A stretch of DNA of 64,000 nucleotides from an uncultured Gemmatimonadota bacterium (GTDB taxonomy: Bacteria > JAAXHH01 > JABIQT01): NCBI GenBank assembly GCA_964470965.1, contig CAYYIS010000001.1, forward strand, positions 11,990 through 75,989. The letters are read 5' to 3'. The position numbers and the translations under genes are program-made. Below are positions 42,668 through 51,740 of this stretch, piece after piece (position 1 is the stretch's first letter; every line of letters begins with the position of its first letter). Under the pieces are notes generated by a model. It saw only the letters and a program-made list of their open reading frames with translations. It had not been told where the DNA came from and ran no database searches.

Positions 42668-44557
42668 ATGCGTTTTTTGATCGACAAATCCACCCGATCA
42701 TTCGAACCGAGTGCCGGGGTGTTTATAATTGTCTGCGTGACCCTGATGGGGCTGGCATTGTACAACCTGGATAATGCCGCCCTGTGGTACGACGAAGCAC
42801 AGACCGCTTTCGTGGCCAAAGGAGTGCTGGACACAGGTTGGCCTACGGCCCATGATGGACGGCAGTTAATTCCGGAAGTGAATGTTTTTTACAATGAGAA
42901 TATGCTATGGGTGGAGCATCCCTGGTTACAGTTCTACATCGTGGCCATGGCATTCAAACTCTTCGGTGTTTCGCCCGTCACCGCCCGTCTGTTTTTTGTG
43001 CTGATCGGATTTTGCACTGTATTTTTCCTGTATAGAACCGTACACCGTGTGTACGGCACCGGTGTTGCCCGTCTCTCCTCCGTTTTGCTTCTGTTGTCGA
43101 CGCCGTATATGCTGCATCTTCGGCAGTGCCGCTATTATGCCATCCTCGGTTTTGCGACCGTCTGGATGCTGTGGGCTTATCTCAAATTCGAACGGGGAGA
43201 ACGCGGGGCATTACCCCATCTTATTGCCGCTGCCGTGCTGACTTTCTACTGCAATGTTGCTTCATTTTTTGCGCTGATGGCGGGGATCACACTGTGGATT
43301 GTCGTCAAAGGGAGATATGCGGGGCGCTGGCGGGCGCTTATCACGATGTATGGTGTTATTTTCGTGTTCACGTTCCCATGGTTCATCTTTGCCGACCTGA
43401 TGAGCAGGCGCGATACCCACGGAAGTTGGAGCGTCCTCGACATGATAAGCCAATTGGGGTACTATACGGTTGATATCAACGCGTATCTATTTCCCGTAGT
43501 GTTCCTGGTCCTTCTATCCGTATTCAATCTCCGGCAGAGGCTGAAACGCTATGAAATCGTCATTTATTTGTCGATACCCATCGTATATGTAGGACATACG
43601 ATCGTTGCCGGATTGCCGAATCCGCCGCTGTTTCTTCTCGCTTTGACCGGTGGTATTCTATTCCTGATGACAGCTGTCTGGGGTTATCGGATGGTGCACA
43701 AACTTGCTTTTTTGCAGCCGGTTGCCCCGCTGATATTCTTCCTTGTGATCGGGGGGATCATCGGACTCGCCACCGTTATTCCCATTGCGAATTTTCGGTA
43801 CCTAGTGGGCTATATTCCCTTGATATGTATTCTGGCAGCCCTGTTGCTGTACGCCGGGTGGCAACGCTCAAGAACGGTCGGTATCATCGTGGGCGCCTTA
43901 TTTATTGGTACTAACATACTGCATGCCCTGCCGTTAGCTATCGTCTCATGGCTGCCCGTGTCCTTTCAGGATCTTGAATTCATCACCAGGGCAGCTATTC
44001 CTCCTGCGATGATGGAACGCATCACGGGACGATCACAGGATCAGATCTACAGAAACCTGGGGGCCTATCTTGCCTCCGTTGATTCCGTTACGGCAACCGC
44101 CGGACGTGCAACGACGCCTTATTTCGATTACATCTATGAAGTCACGCAGCCTCGAAAAGGATCTGTGGAAGGCGTCGTGGCGTATCTACAGAAGCACGCC
44201 CGACCGGGTGAAACCATTTTTTCTGATTCAGATCGACTGGCTTTAGTATTCCATACCGATTTGAAATTAGAGTCTTACCCGATTACAACAGAAAAGATAG
44301 ATGCCGACTGGGTATCTTTACGCCCGCACAGTTTTTACGAACATTTTTCTACATGGTGGATCCGTAATTTCTATGATGAAGTCCTGACGCCTTTTTATGA
44401 TAAAATAGAACTCGATTACCCGGACGTGCCAAATATAGATTACAACCAGCCAAGCCCTCGTTTCCATGAATTTTATCCTGACAGCGAGAACTATCCCCGG
44501 ATGGTCGTATTTCGCCGTAAGAAAGGCCTCCCATCAGACGATCCCCCGTCACGGTGA
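42668..44557 (+). CDS. ArnT/PMT-like GT-C membrane glycosyltransferase
   Basis: LWYDEA after TM1, HPWLQFY, ARL and RYY; many TM helices; 3 nt after the upstream gene. Confidence 0.8.
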   Translation: MRFLIDKSTRSFEPSAGVFIIVCVTLMGLALYNLDNAALWYDEAQTAFVAKGVLDTGWPTAHDGRQLIPEVNVFYNENMLWVEHPWLQFYIVAMAFKLFGVSPVTARLFFVLIGFCTVFFLYRTVHRVYGTGVARLSSVLLLLSTPYMLHLRQCRYYAILGFATVWMLWAYLKFERGERGALPHLIAAAVLTFYCNVASFFALMAGITLWIVVKGRYAGRWRALITMYGVIFVFTFPWFIFADLMSRRDTHGSWSVLDMISQLGYYTVDINAYLFPVVFLVLLSVFNLRQRLKRYEIVIYLSIPIVYVGHTIVAGLPNPPLFLLALTGGILFLMTAVWGYRMVHKLAFLQPVAPLIFFLVIGGIIGLATVIPIANFRYLVGYIPLICILAALLLYAGWQRSRTVGIIVGALFIGTNILHALPLAIVSWLPVSFQDLEFITRAAIPPAMMERITGRSQDQIYRNLGAYLASVDSVTATAGRATTPYFDYIYEVTQPRKGSVEGVVAYLQKHARPGETIFSDSDRLALVFHTDLKLESYPITTEKIDADWVSLRPHSFYEHFSTWWIRNFYDEVLTPFYDKIELDYPDVPNIDYNQPSPRFHEFYPDSENYPRMVVFRRKKGLPSDDPPSR

Positions 44558-44679
44558 TGTTTTGAGATCTCTTGTTTGTATGTTTCAGATTGCCACAACC
44601 ACTGCCTGCATGTAAACTGACACGGGTACAAGGTTGCATTGCTTTTGTGATTCTTTAAAATCAATTATTGGGAGGTCCT

Positions 44680-46263
44680 ATGATAAGGTGGATGAACTTA
44701 CTGGTGCTCGTGTATGGAATCGCCACGGCAGCGCCGGCAATCGGACAGACGCTTGCGACGGAAGACGAGGTCCTAAAGAACATTTGGACCGAGGCGATGG
44801 AAAACTCACAGCTCGAGCAGCTGGCGCATGAGCTGTTGGATGTAATCGGTCCCCGCCTGGTGGGTACTCCTCAGGCGAACAAGGCCCATGACTGGGCAAA
44901 GGAAAAATACGAAGGCTGGGGTATAGCGGCACAGAACGAAGTATGGGGCAAATGGCGGGGATGGGAACGCGGTGTGACCCACATTGATCTGATCGAACCC
45001 CGGGTCAGGACGCTCGAAGGCACCATGCTGGCGTGGAGCCCCGGCACCGGGCCGCGAGGCGTAACGGCCGGATTGATCATCCTGGCGGACGTGGATTCCG
45101 TCGCCTTCCAGGCATGGCTGCCGCAGGTGAACGGCAAATTCGTCATGATGTCCGTGCCTCCCGTGACGGGCCGCACGGATGCCAACTGGGAGCAGTACGC
45201 GCTGCCGCCCTCTTTCGAACGGATGAAAGCAACCCGCGACAGTCTTCGAAAGAACTGGAACGACCGGATTCGGCGTTACGGCTACAACACGCGCACCCTT
45301 CCCGTAGCACTGGAAGAAGCCGGTGCAGTCGGCGTGATCACAAATCGGTGGACGGCAGGCTGGGGCGTGGACAGGATCTTCTCATCGTACACAAAGAACA
45401 TTCCGACCGTGAACATCAGCGTTGAAGACTACGGTCTACTGTACCGCCTCGTGCAGTTCGACGACAATCCGGTCCTCAAGATCGTAACCACGGCACGCGA
45501 AGCCGGTGAGGTTCCCACGTACAATACCATCGCCAGACTGGAGGGTACCGACAAGGCAGACGAATATGTGATGCTCTCCGCACATTTCGATTCCTGGGAC
45601 GGCGCATCCGGCGCCACCGACAATGGCACGGGCACACTGGTCATGATGGAAGCGATGCGAATCCTCAAGTCCGTGTATCCCAGCCCGAAACGAACGGTCC
45701 TGGTAGGACACTGGGGCAGCGAAGAACAGGGGCTGAATGGCTCCCGGGCCTTCGTCAAGGATCATCCCGAAATTGTAGAAAAGCTTCAGGCGCTGTTCAA
45801 TCAGGACAACGGCACCGGTCGGGTCGTGCGCATGTCCGGTTCCGGGTTTATACACGCAGGTGAATTTCTGGGCCGCTGGCTGTCGCAGGTCCCACAGGAA
45901 GTTGCCAGCCACATCAAACTGACGGTTCCAGGTATGCCGGCCGGCGGAGGATCGGATCATGCCTCGTTCGTGGCCGCCGGTGCACCCGGGTTCGGGATCG
46001 GCTCCCTGAGCTGGGACTATTTCCGCTACACTTGGCACACCAACCGGGACTCATACGACAAGGTTGTGTTCGATGATCTGAAGAACAACGTGATTCTGGC
46101 CGCATCCCTCATTTACCTGGCGTCCGAAGATCCAAAATTTTTCCCGCGTGAAAAACGGGTACTGCCTATCAATCAGGAAACCGGTGAACGCCGTGAATGG
46201 CCGACACCGAAAGATCCCGAACGTGCCGGTCGAATCGAGAAGGAAGGCGATCCGAACGACTGA
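44680..46263 (+). CDS. Secreted M28-family metallopeptidase (carboxypeptidase Q-like)
   Basis: Signal peptide; IGPRLVG, SAHFDSWD, GATDNGTG, SEEQGL, GSDHASF and WHT. GGAGG RBS. Confidence 0.9.
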   Translation: MIRWMNLLVLVYGIATAAPAIGQTLATEDEVLKNIWTEAMENSQLEQLAHELLDVIGPRLVGTPQANKAHDWAKEKYEGWGIAAQNEVWGKWRGWERGVTHIDLIEPRVRTLEGTMLAWSPGTGPRGVTAGLIILADVDSVAFQAWLPQVNGKFVMMSVPPVTGRTDANWEQYALPPSFERMKATRDSLRKNWNDRIRRYGYNTRTLPVALEEAGAVGVITNRWTAGWGVDRIFSSYTKNIPTVNISVEDYGLLYRLVQFDDNPVLKIVTTAREAGEVPTYNTIARLEGTDKADEYVMLSAHFDSWDGASGATDNGTGTLVMMEAMRILKSVYPSPKRTVLVGHWGSEEQGLNGSRAFVKDHPEIVEKLQALFNQDNGTGRVVRMSGSGFIHAGEFLGRWLSQVPQEVASHIKLTVPGMPAGGGSDHASFVAAGAPGFGIGSLSWDYFRYTWHTNRDSYDKVVFDDLKNNVILAASLIYLASEDPKFFPREKRVLPINQETGERREWPTPKDPERAGRIEKEGDPND

Positions 46264-46577
46264 CGGCTTGAGATGTGATGTGAGCAGGCCGTGCATCCGG
46301 CTGGCCAGTTTTATGCCTTCCCGTGTGCGCAGTCTATCCTCCCAACAACCTTGGTCAAGCTCCTTTGACCGCGGATATCGGCATCATGCCGTTTCCGGTT
46401 TTCTTCGTAAATGATGCTTTAGCGTGGCATTGTTGACATGGTCTCCGGCATAAGAACACCAGGGGCAAGCCACTTCCCCGGTTTTACCTGCTTCCGACAG
46501 CTGTCGGGTCCCCGCACTTGAATATGGTCTGTCTTAATCAGTTGCCGCATTGAGAATTTTGGCCTTTCAATGCCATA

Positions 46578-47876
46578 TTACTCTCGCTCTTTTATCCGAT
46601 GCAACAGCCCCTGTATGTGTCCGCAGAACACGTCTCCGGCATCTTTCTCGAACTCCAGATGCCGGCACAGTCTGGGGGCGGCAACCGCCGCATACCAGCC
46701 GAATCCTTCATGAGAAAAATCCTGTGGGCGGGCCAGGTATCCTACCGCTTCGTTTGCGTAGCCGACCAAGATTGTATGAGGATACGGGGAAGCAGCCTTA
46801 ATGGCGTTGCCGAATTCCAGGAAAAGCTCCAACGGGTGGGCAACCAGAACCGCGTCGTTGATCCTAAGATATGCCACCTGGAATTCGAGACGTTGTGGAT
46901 GCGGTCGCTTGAGCATTTCCAGGCGAACTTTACGCCAATCACGTTCGTAGAGCAGGTTTCTGTATTCTATCGTATCCCGGTTCCCGCCATAGTCCTTGAT
47001 GGTTTGTTCACAGTCCGTAAGTTCCTGCTCGATCGGTTCTCGCTCCGGAACCTGCGTGGGGAGCGACATCATGTATTTATCGCCGGCCAGGGTCGCGTCC
47101 GGTGAGGTTTCAATACCCTCCAGGCAGGGCAGGACGCTGTCTTTCAGTAGCGTGCCGTTTGCCTTCATGGTCTCAAGACCGTCCCCGAAGCCGCGGCAGT
47201 TCAGGTTGCCGCAACTGCCTTGAAAGAACAGGATTTTCACCGTGTCGTTCATTTGTTTTTCCATCTTTGCGACGCCGTCACCTACATAGTCACCGCATAC
47301 ATGGGCACTGGCACCCAGTGACACCGGGTGGGCGCTGAAGTTGATGGCTGCTGCGCGTATCCTGCCCTCCATGTCATCGATTCTGATGAGCACCGCTTCC
47401 TCGTCAACGGTGCCACCGTTATCTACTCGGTTAACCGACAGGTGCGGAATTGGTGCCCGGCCAAACCCTATACGGCCCGGGGCAAGGTTCCCAACAGCCT
47501 GACTGATTGCGTCCGCAAACAGGGCGGGCAGCGTCTGTGTGTAGGTTTCGTCCCATTCCCCCCAGGCGACGGTTCGCATGGTGGCTGGTCCGGAATGGGT
47601 ATGCGTGTTCGTAATGACTACTTTTGAAGGATCCAGTCCATGACGCTTCCTCACGAGCCGTAGGGTCGCATCTACCAGAGCCCGGTCCACCCAAATCAGA
47701 TCGTTAGAAAGCCATACATATGTCTCCGTACCGTCCGACAGTGCCAGGGCGGTACAGTAAAGATCCTGAACGATCTTCTCCCCCTTACGCTCCCGATAAG
47801 GCCCGTAACCGCAGAGCTCGATCCCGAGCGGCGGGGTAATGACGGTTCGGCCGGTGCCGAACTGGAGTTGTGGCAT
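46578..47876 (-). CDS. Neutral/alkaline ceramidase N-terminal-domain hydrolase
   Basis: ITPPLG, THTHSGP, NFSAHP, FFQGSCGN and GYAN. AAGGA precedes ATG 47876. Confidence 0.8.
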   Translation of the reverse strand: MPQLQFGTGRTVITPPLGIELCGYGPYRERKGEKIVQDLYCTALALSDGTETYVWLSNDLIWVDRALVDATLRLVRKRHGLDPSKVVITNTHTHSGPATMRTVAWGEWDETYTQTLPALFADAISQAVGNLAPGRIGFGRAPIPHLSVNRVDNGGTVDEEAVLIRIDDMEGRIRAAAINFSAHPVSLGASAHVCGDYVGDGVAKMEKQMNDTVKILFFQGSCGNLNCRGFGDGLETMKANGTLLKDSVLPCLEGIETSPDATLAGDKYMMSLPTQVPEREPIEQELTDCEQTIKDYGGNRDTIEYRNLLYERDWRKVRLEMLKRPHPQRLEFQVAYLRINDAVLVAHPLELFLEFGNAIKAASPYPHTILVGYANEAVGYLARPQDFSHEGFGWYAAVAAPRLCRHLEFEKDAGDVFCGHIQGLLHRIKERE

Positions 47877-48000
47877 GGCGGGTTCCTTTGATGGACTCAT
47901 TGACGGGAAACGAGGGTGGTGATGAATATCGGCTATGGTCAGGACGAAGACTGGTTTTATCCAATTCTATATTCAATATTTCCATGGTTCAACGAACCAT

Positions 48001-49023
48001 TCACCCGATCTCCACAGTCTTGCCGGTCTGTACTGATTCTGACTCTTTCAAGCATATTGAGAGGGAATCCCTGGCTGATTTACCGGAGAGGATTTCCGGC
48101 TCTAAACCCTGGTTTATGCACTCGACTGCATAGGAGATTTCAGCAGTGAAGGCTTCCGGGTAATTGATTGCGGGTGTTTCTTTACCGTCCGGGGTATAGA
48201 GAGTGACCGGATGGCCGGAGAGGGAGTTAAACCAGAGTGTGCCTTCTTCGAAATAAGCGTCGTAGCCGTGCTCGAACATCAGGCCGGCCGTACCGATAGA
48301 GCCGCTCTGAGCGGTGACGGTGAAATCCTTTCCGTCGTAGCCGTACTGGGTAGACAGGTAGAGTACATAACCATTCGGGCTGACCATGCCGGAGGAATGG
48401 ACCCGGTCGGGAATACCGAGCAGGTACTGCACAAAATCTGTGTCGTGGATATGCAAGTCGATACCGGCAGCGCCGGTTTCTTCGTATTTCGTAAACCATT
48501 CAGCACTGCCCCAGAGCGGTTTGGAGATTACACGCTTCATGTGCAGTCCAAGAAAACGGCCGTAACGTTCATCATCCACCGCATCCTTGAGAAACGCGAA
48601 TTCTGGGAAATAACGCAGCACCTGCCCGACCATGAACTGTCTTCCGGCCGCCTTGGCTGCGGCGACCATCTCGTCCGCCTCCTCAAGGTTCAGCGCGATA
48701 GGCTTCTCCAGTAGTACGTGTTTTCCGGCCGCCAGAGCTTTCATGGTGACGTCGTAATGCATTCCGGTGGGCAGGCAGATGTCGATCAGGTCGACATCTG
48801 AATCATTGAGGATATCGTCTATCTCCCGGTAGGTGCTGATGTCGGTGAGATCCTGCACGCCGCCTCCGGAGCCGAAGTTCCCCTTGATAGCCCGCCAGTC
48901 ACCGCTGAGTTTCTTTTCATTCCGCGTACAGATGGCAGCCACTTTCGCATCAGGGATGTCCTGGATGGCGATGAAATGCGTCGTCCCCATGAAACCGATG
49001 CCGACAATGCCGATGTTCACCAT
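48001..49023 (-). CDS. Gfo/Idh/MocA NAD(P)-dependent oxidoreductase
   Basis: GIGFMG, ICLPTGMH, EKPIA and DLHIHDTD. GGAGGG RBS. Confidence 0.9.
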   Translation of the reverse strand: MVNIGIVGIGFMGTTHFIAIQDIPDAKVAAICTRNEKKLSGDWRAIKGNFGSGGGVQDLTDISTYREIDDILNDSDVDLIDICLPTGMHYDVTMKALAAGKHVLLEKPIALNLEEADEMVAAAKAAGRQFMVGQVLRYFPEFAFLKDAVDDERYGRFLGLHMKRVISKPLWGSAEWFTKYEETGAAGIDLHIHDTDFVQYLLGIPDRVHSSGMVSPNGYVLYLSTQYGYDGKDFTVTAQSGSIGTAGLMFEHGYDAYFEEGTLWFNSLSGHPVTLYTPDGKETPAINYPEAFTAEISYAVECINQGLEPEILSGKSARDSLSICLKESESVQTGKTVEIG

Positions 49024-49719
49024 GTTTTCCCTCCAATTAAATAGACTATTCCGTCCCAATTCACACAAAAACACCCTATACCATTTCAGGGCATTCTGAT
49101 TTATCGCCCAGCTTGATAATATGCCGGGTTCGGTGATGTTCGTTTAGGCCCATAACCAGGTCGGGATCATGGGAGCTGCCGTCGGATTGGAGGTGGATTT
49201 GATTGGATGCCGAGGAGGTTAAGTTTCTCTGCTTGGCAACCTGGACGCATCTTCCCGCGGTATCGAAACTTTCACAAGTCACGGTTATATCCCGTGCTTT
49301 GATATTCCGGGAGGATACAGGAAATAAGGTGCTGAACTCTTAAAATCTCGGCGGCCATCGGCTTCATAGTTGTGATTCACATGCCCGGCCGCATCATGTT
49401 GATCCGAAAAGCCCGTTGCAATTAATTACCGGTCGAAATACCCCTGCAGGAACATGTGCAAATCTCCACGCGCGCCGGGCCCTCCCATGGTCTTCCGTTC
49501 ACGCTTTCGCTGCGTTGATTCATGCGGATACTGCAAGCATAATCCGAAACAGCATAACCGCGGTATGTCCTCATTTTTCTGACAGTTCGGGACAGACAAG
49601 AAACGATAGCAAACTATACGCCCGATAAGCTGGTGTCAAGGTGGATTTCCCGGTTCGAACCTCACTCTGTAAGACCTCGCAGGACACCAGGACAAAGGAT
49701 AAATCAATCCGCAACAGAC

Positions 49720-49748
49720 TTGACAGTAGATCCGGTATCTTCTATATT
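49720..49748 (+). promoter_or_regulatory. Near-consensus sigma70 promoter
   Basis: TTGACA(49720-25)-17 nt-TATATT(49743-48). Confidence 0.7.
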
Positions 49749-49804
49749 TAGAGTCTGTTTGTTCAGGTGGAAAAAGTTTGATATCATTAATGAAGGAGCA
49801 TGCC

Positions 49805-49960
49805 ATGATACCAAACGGAATGAACCAATGTATGCCATTCGGTCACCGGTTGGCTCAGAGATGTCAGAAGGATGGTTATATTCACTTATACCGTGACGTT
49901 CTGCGTGTGGGTCTTGCGTTGGTACCGTGTCGGAATTTGCGTAGGCCAAGGGAAAAATAG
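49805..49960 (+). CDS. Possible 51-aa small protein or leader peptide
   Basis: AAGGAG (49793-98) 6 nt before the ATG; lies between the promoter and the terminator; no recognisable family. Confidence 0.3.
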   Translation: MIPNGMNQCMPFGHRLAQRCQKDGYIHLYRDVLRVGLALVPCRNLRRPREK

Positions 49961-49975
49961 ATATTACCTGATGAT

Positions 49976-50009
49976 CCGCCCTGAGGCGCCTACCTCGGGG
50001 CGGTTTTTT
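49976..50009 (+). terminator. Intrinsic terminator 35 nt upstream of cysS
   Basis: CCGCCCTGAGG-cgccta-CCTCGGGGCGG followed by TTTTTT. Confidence 0.8.
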
Positions 50010-50044
50010 CAGGAGCGGCCGGCGCCGTTCCTCGGGAGATTTGC

Positions 50045-51457
50045 ATGTTACGGTTGTTCAATACTCTGACCCGGTCCAAAGAAGAATTCAAACCTATTCG
50101 CGACGATCATGTGGGGTTGTACAGTTGCGGTCCGACGGTATACAACCATGCGCACATAGGGAATCTGAGTACTTTTGTCGGGGTGGATCTCTTCAAGCGG
50201 TACCTGCAATACCGCGGGTATAAGGTGCATCACGTTATGAATCTGACGGATGTTGACGACAAGACCATTCGTGCCTCCCGCCAGGAGGGTGTCCCTCTGG
50301 GAGAATTAACGAAACGTTACACGGACGGTTTCATGTCGGATCTGGAACGATTGAATATTCGCCATGCGGACAGGTACACAGCGGCCACCGAGCATATCGA
50401 AGAGATGATCGAGTTGATCGAGACGCTTGTGGAGAAAGGGTTCGCCTACGAAAGTAATGGGTCCCTCTACTATAAGATCGCTGCGTTCGAGGATTACGGC
50501 AAGCTGGCCCGGCTCGATGTATTTGGAATGCAGGACGACGTTCGGGTGGATAATGACGAATATGCCAAGGAAACGGCAAGGGATTTCGCACTCTGGAAGG
50601 CGTGGACCGAAGAGGATGGGGATGTTTTCTGGGAGTCCCCCTGGGGCAATGGACGTCCCGGCTGGCATGTGGAATGCTCCGCAATGTCCATGAAATATCT
50701 GGGCGAAACGTTCGACGTGCACACCGGTGCGGTGGATCTGATTTTTCCGCACCACCAGAACGAAATCGCCCAGAGTGAGGCGGCGACCGGCAAGCGGTTC
50801 GTCAACTATTGGCTGCATCGGGAGTTCCTTAACGTCGGCGGTTCGAAGATGGCCAAAAGCACTGGTAATATCTCCACGCTATCCGAGATCGGGAAGACAC
50901 CGGCAGATATCAAGGCGTTCCGCTATCTTGTGGTTGCCACCCACTACCGTACCGGGTTGAATTTTACGGAGGCAGTCCTCGATGCTGCGAAAAACACCTT
51001 GAGGCACCTGGTTAATGTTCTGGATCGTCTTCAGGCAGTCGATGGAACGGAACATTCCGTATCGGTCGCCGAATCCATCGAGCGGACCCGTATACAGTTC
51101 ATCGCACACATGGATGATGATTTAAACGCCGCCCGAGCGGTTGCCGACATGTTTGAGCTGGTTCACGAGGCCGAGGACTGGTTGATGGAGGAGGCACTAA
51201 ACCAGGAGACCGCGAAGGCGTTATATGATTTCTTTCAAGAGCTCAATCAGGTGCTAGGGATTTTCTACACCCTGCCCGAAGAAGATGGCCAAGCTGCCCT
51301 GCCCGATGAAACAATGGAACTGATCAGGCAGCGTGAGGAAGCACGCCGCAACCGAGACTGGAACTCTGCAGATCAATTGCGTGACGAGCTGCTCGAGCAA
51401 GGCGTTGTTGTCAAGGACACTCCGAACGGTACGGAGTGGGAACTGGCAAACACGTGA
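50045..51457 (+). CDS. cysS: Cysteine--tRNA ligase
   Basis: YSCGPTVY, HIGN, DFALWK, GRPGWHVECSAM and KMAKS. Confidence 0.97.
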   Translation: MLRLFNTLTRSKEEFKPIRDDHVGLYSCGPTVYNHAHIGNLSTFVGVDLFKRYLQYRGYKVHHVMNLTDVDDKTIRASRQEGVPLGELTKRYTDGFMSDLERLNIRHADRYTAATEHIEEMIELIETLVEKGFAYESNGSLYYKIAAFEDYGKLARLDVFGMQDDVRVDNDEYAKETARDFALWKAWTEEDGDVFWESPWGNGRPGWHVECSAMSMKYLGETFDVHTGAVDLIFPHHQNEIAQSEAATGKRFVNYWLHREFLNVGGSKMAKSTGNISTLSEIGKTPADIKAFRYLVVATHYRTGLNFTEAVLDAAKNTLRHLVNVLDRLQAVDGTEHSVSVAESIERTRIQFIAHMDDDLNAARAVADMFELVHEAEDWLMEEALNQETAKALYDFFQELNQVLGIFYTLPEEDGQAALPDETMELIRQREEARRNRDWNSADQLRDELLEQGVVVKDTPNGTEWELANT

Positions 51458-51740
51458 CCACAGTGGAGCAGACTCTCCGTCCAAGACAGTACTTTCGAGT
51501 GCTTGCCTTGGTGGGCAAAAAAAACCGCAAGGTTTCAGGTTTGCACATGTCTAATAGGTCACTGAAACAGTTCAGTAGACTATCATGCTTTATCAACTCA
51601 TCATGAAATGTTTTATTTTGTGAATGAGCGGTTCAGGCTGTTTGTGTGTGGTATCATAGTGGAATTTCAGACATTTCGCTTATTTTTTTAGGCACGGCAG
51701 CACTGAGCTGCTAAATGAGACATCGACACAGGAGGTTGAC

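Noticed and set aside
49905-50009. Canonical T-box for cysS
   Set aside because: TGGTACC is present, but the flanks do not pair with the terminator 5' arm and no stem I/specifier loop is recognisable. Kept only as a non-canonical possibility.
49872-50069. Hok-like hydrophobic toxin ORF
   Set aside because: No properly spaced RBS; it runs through the terminator and overlaps cysS; the resemblance is superficial.
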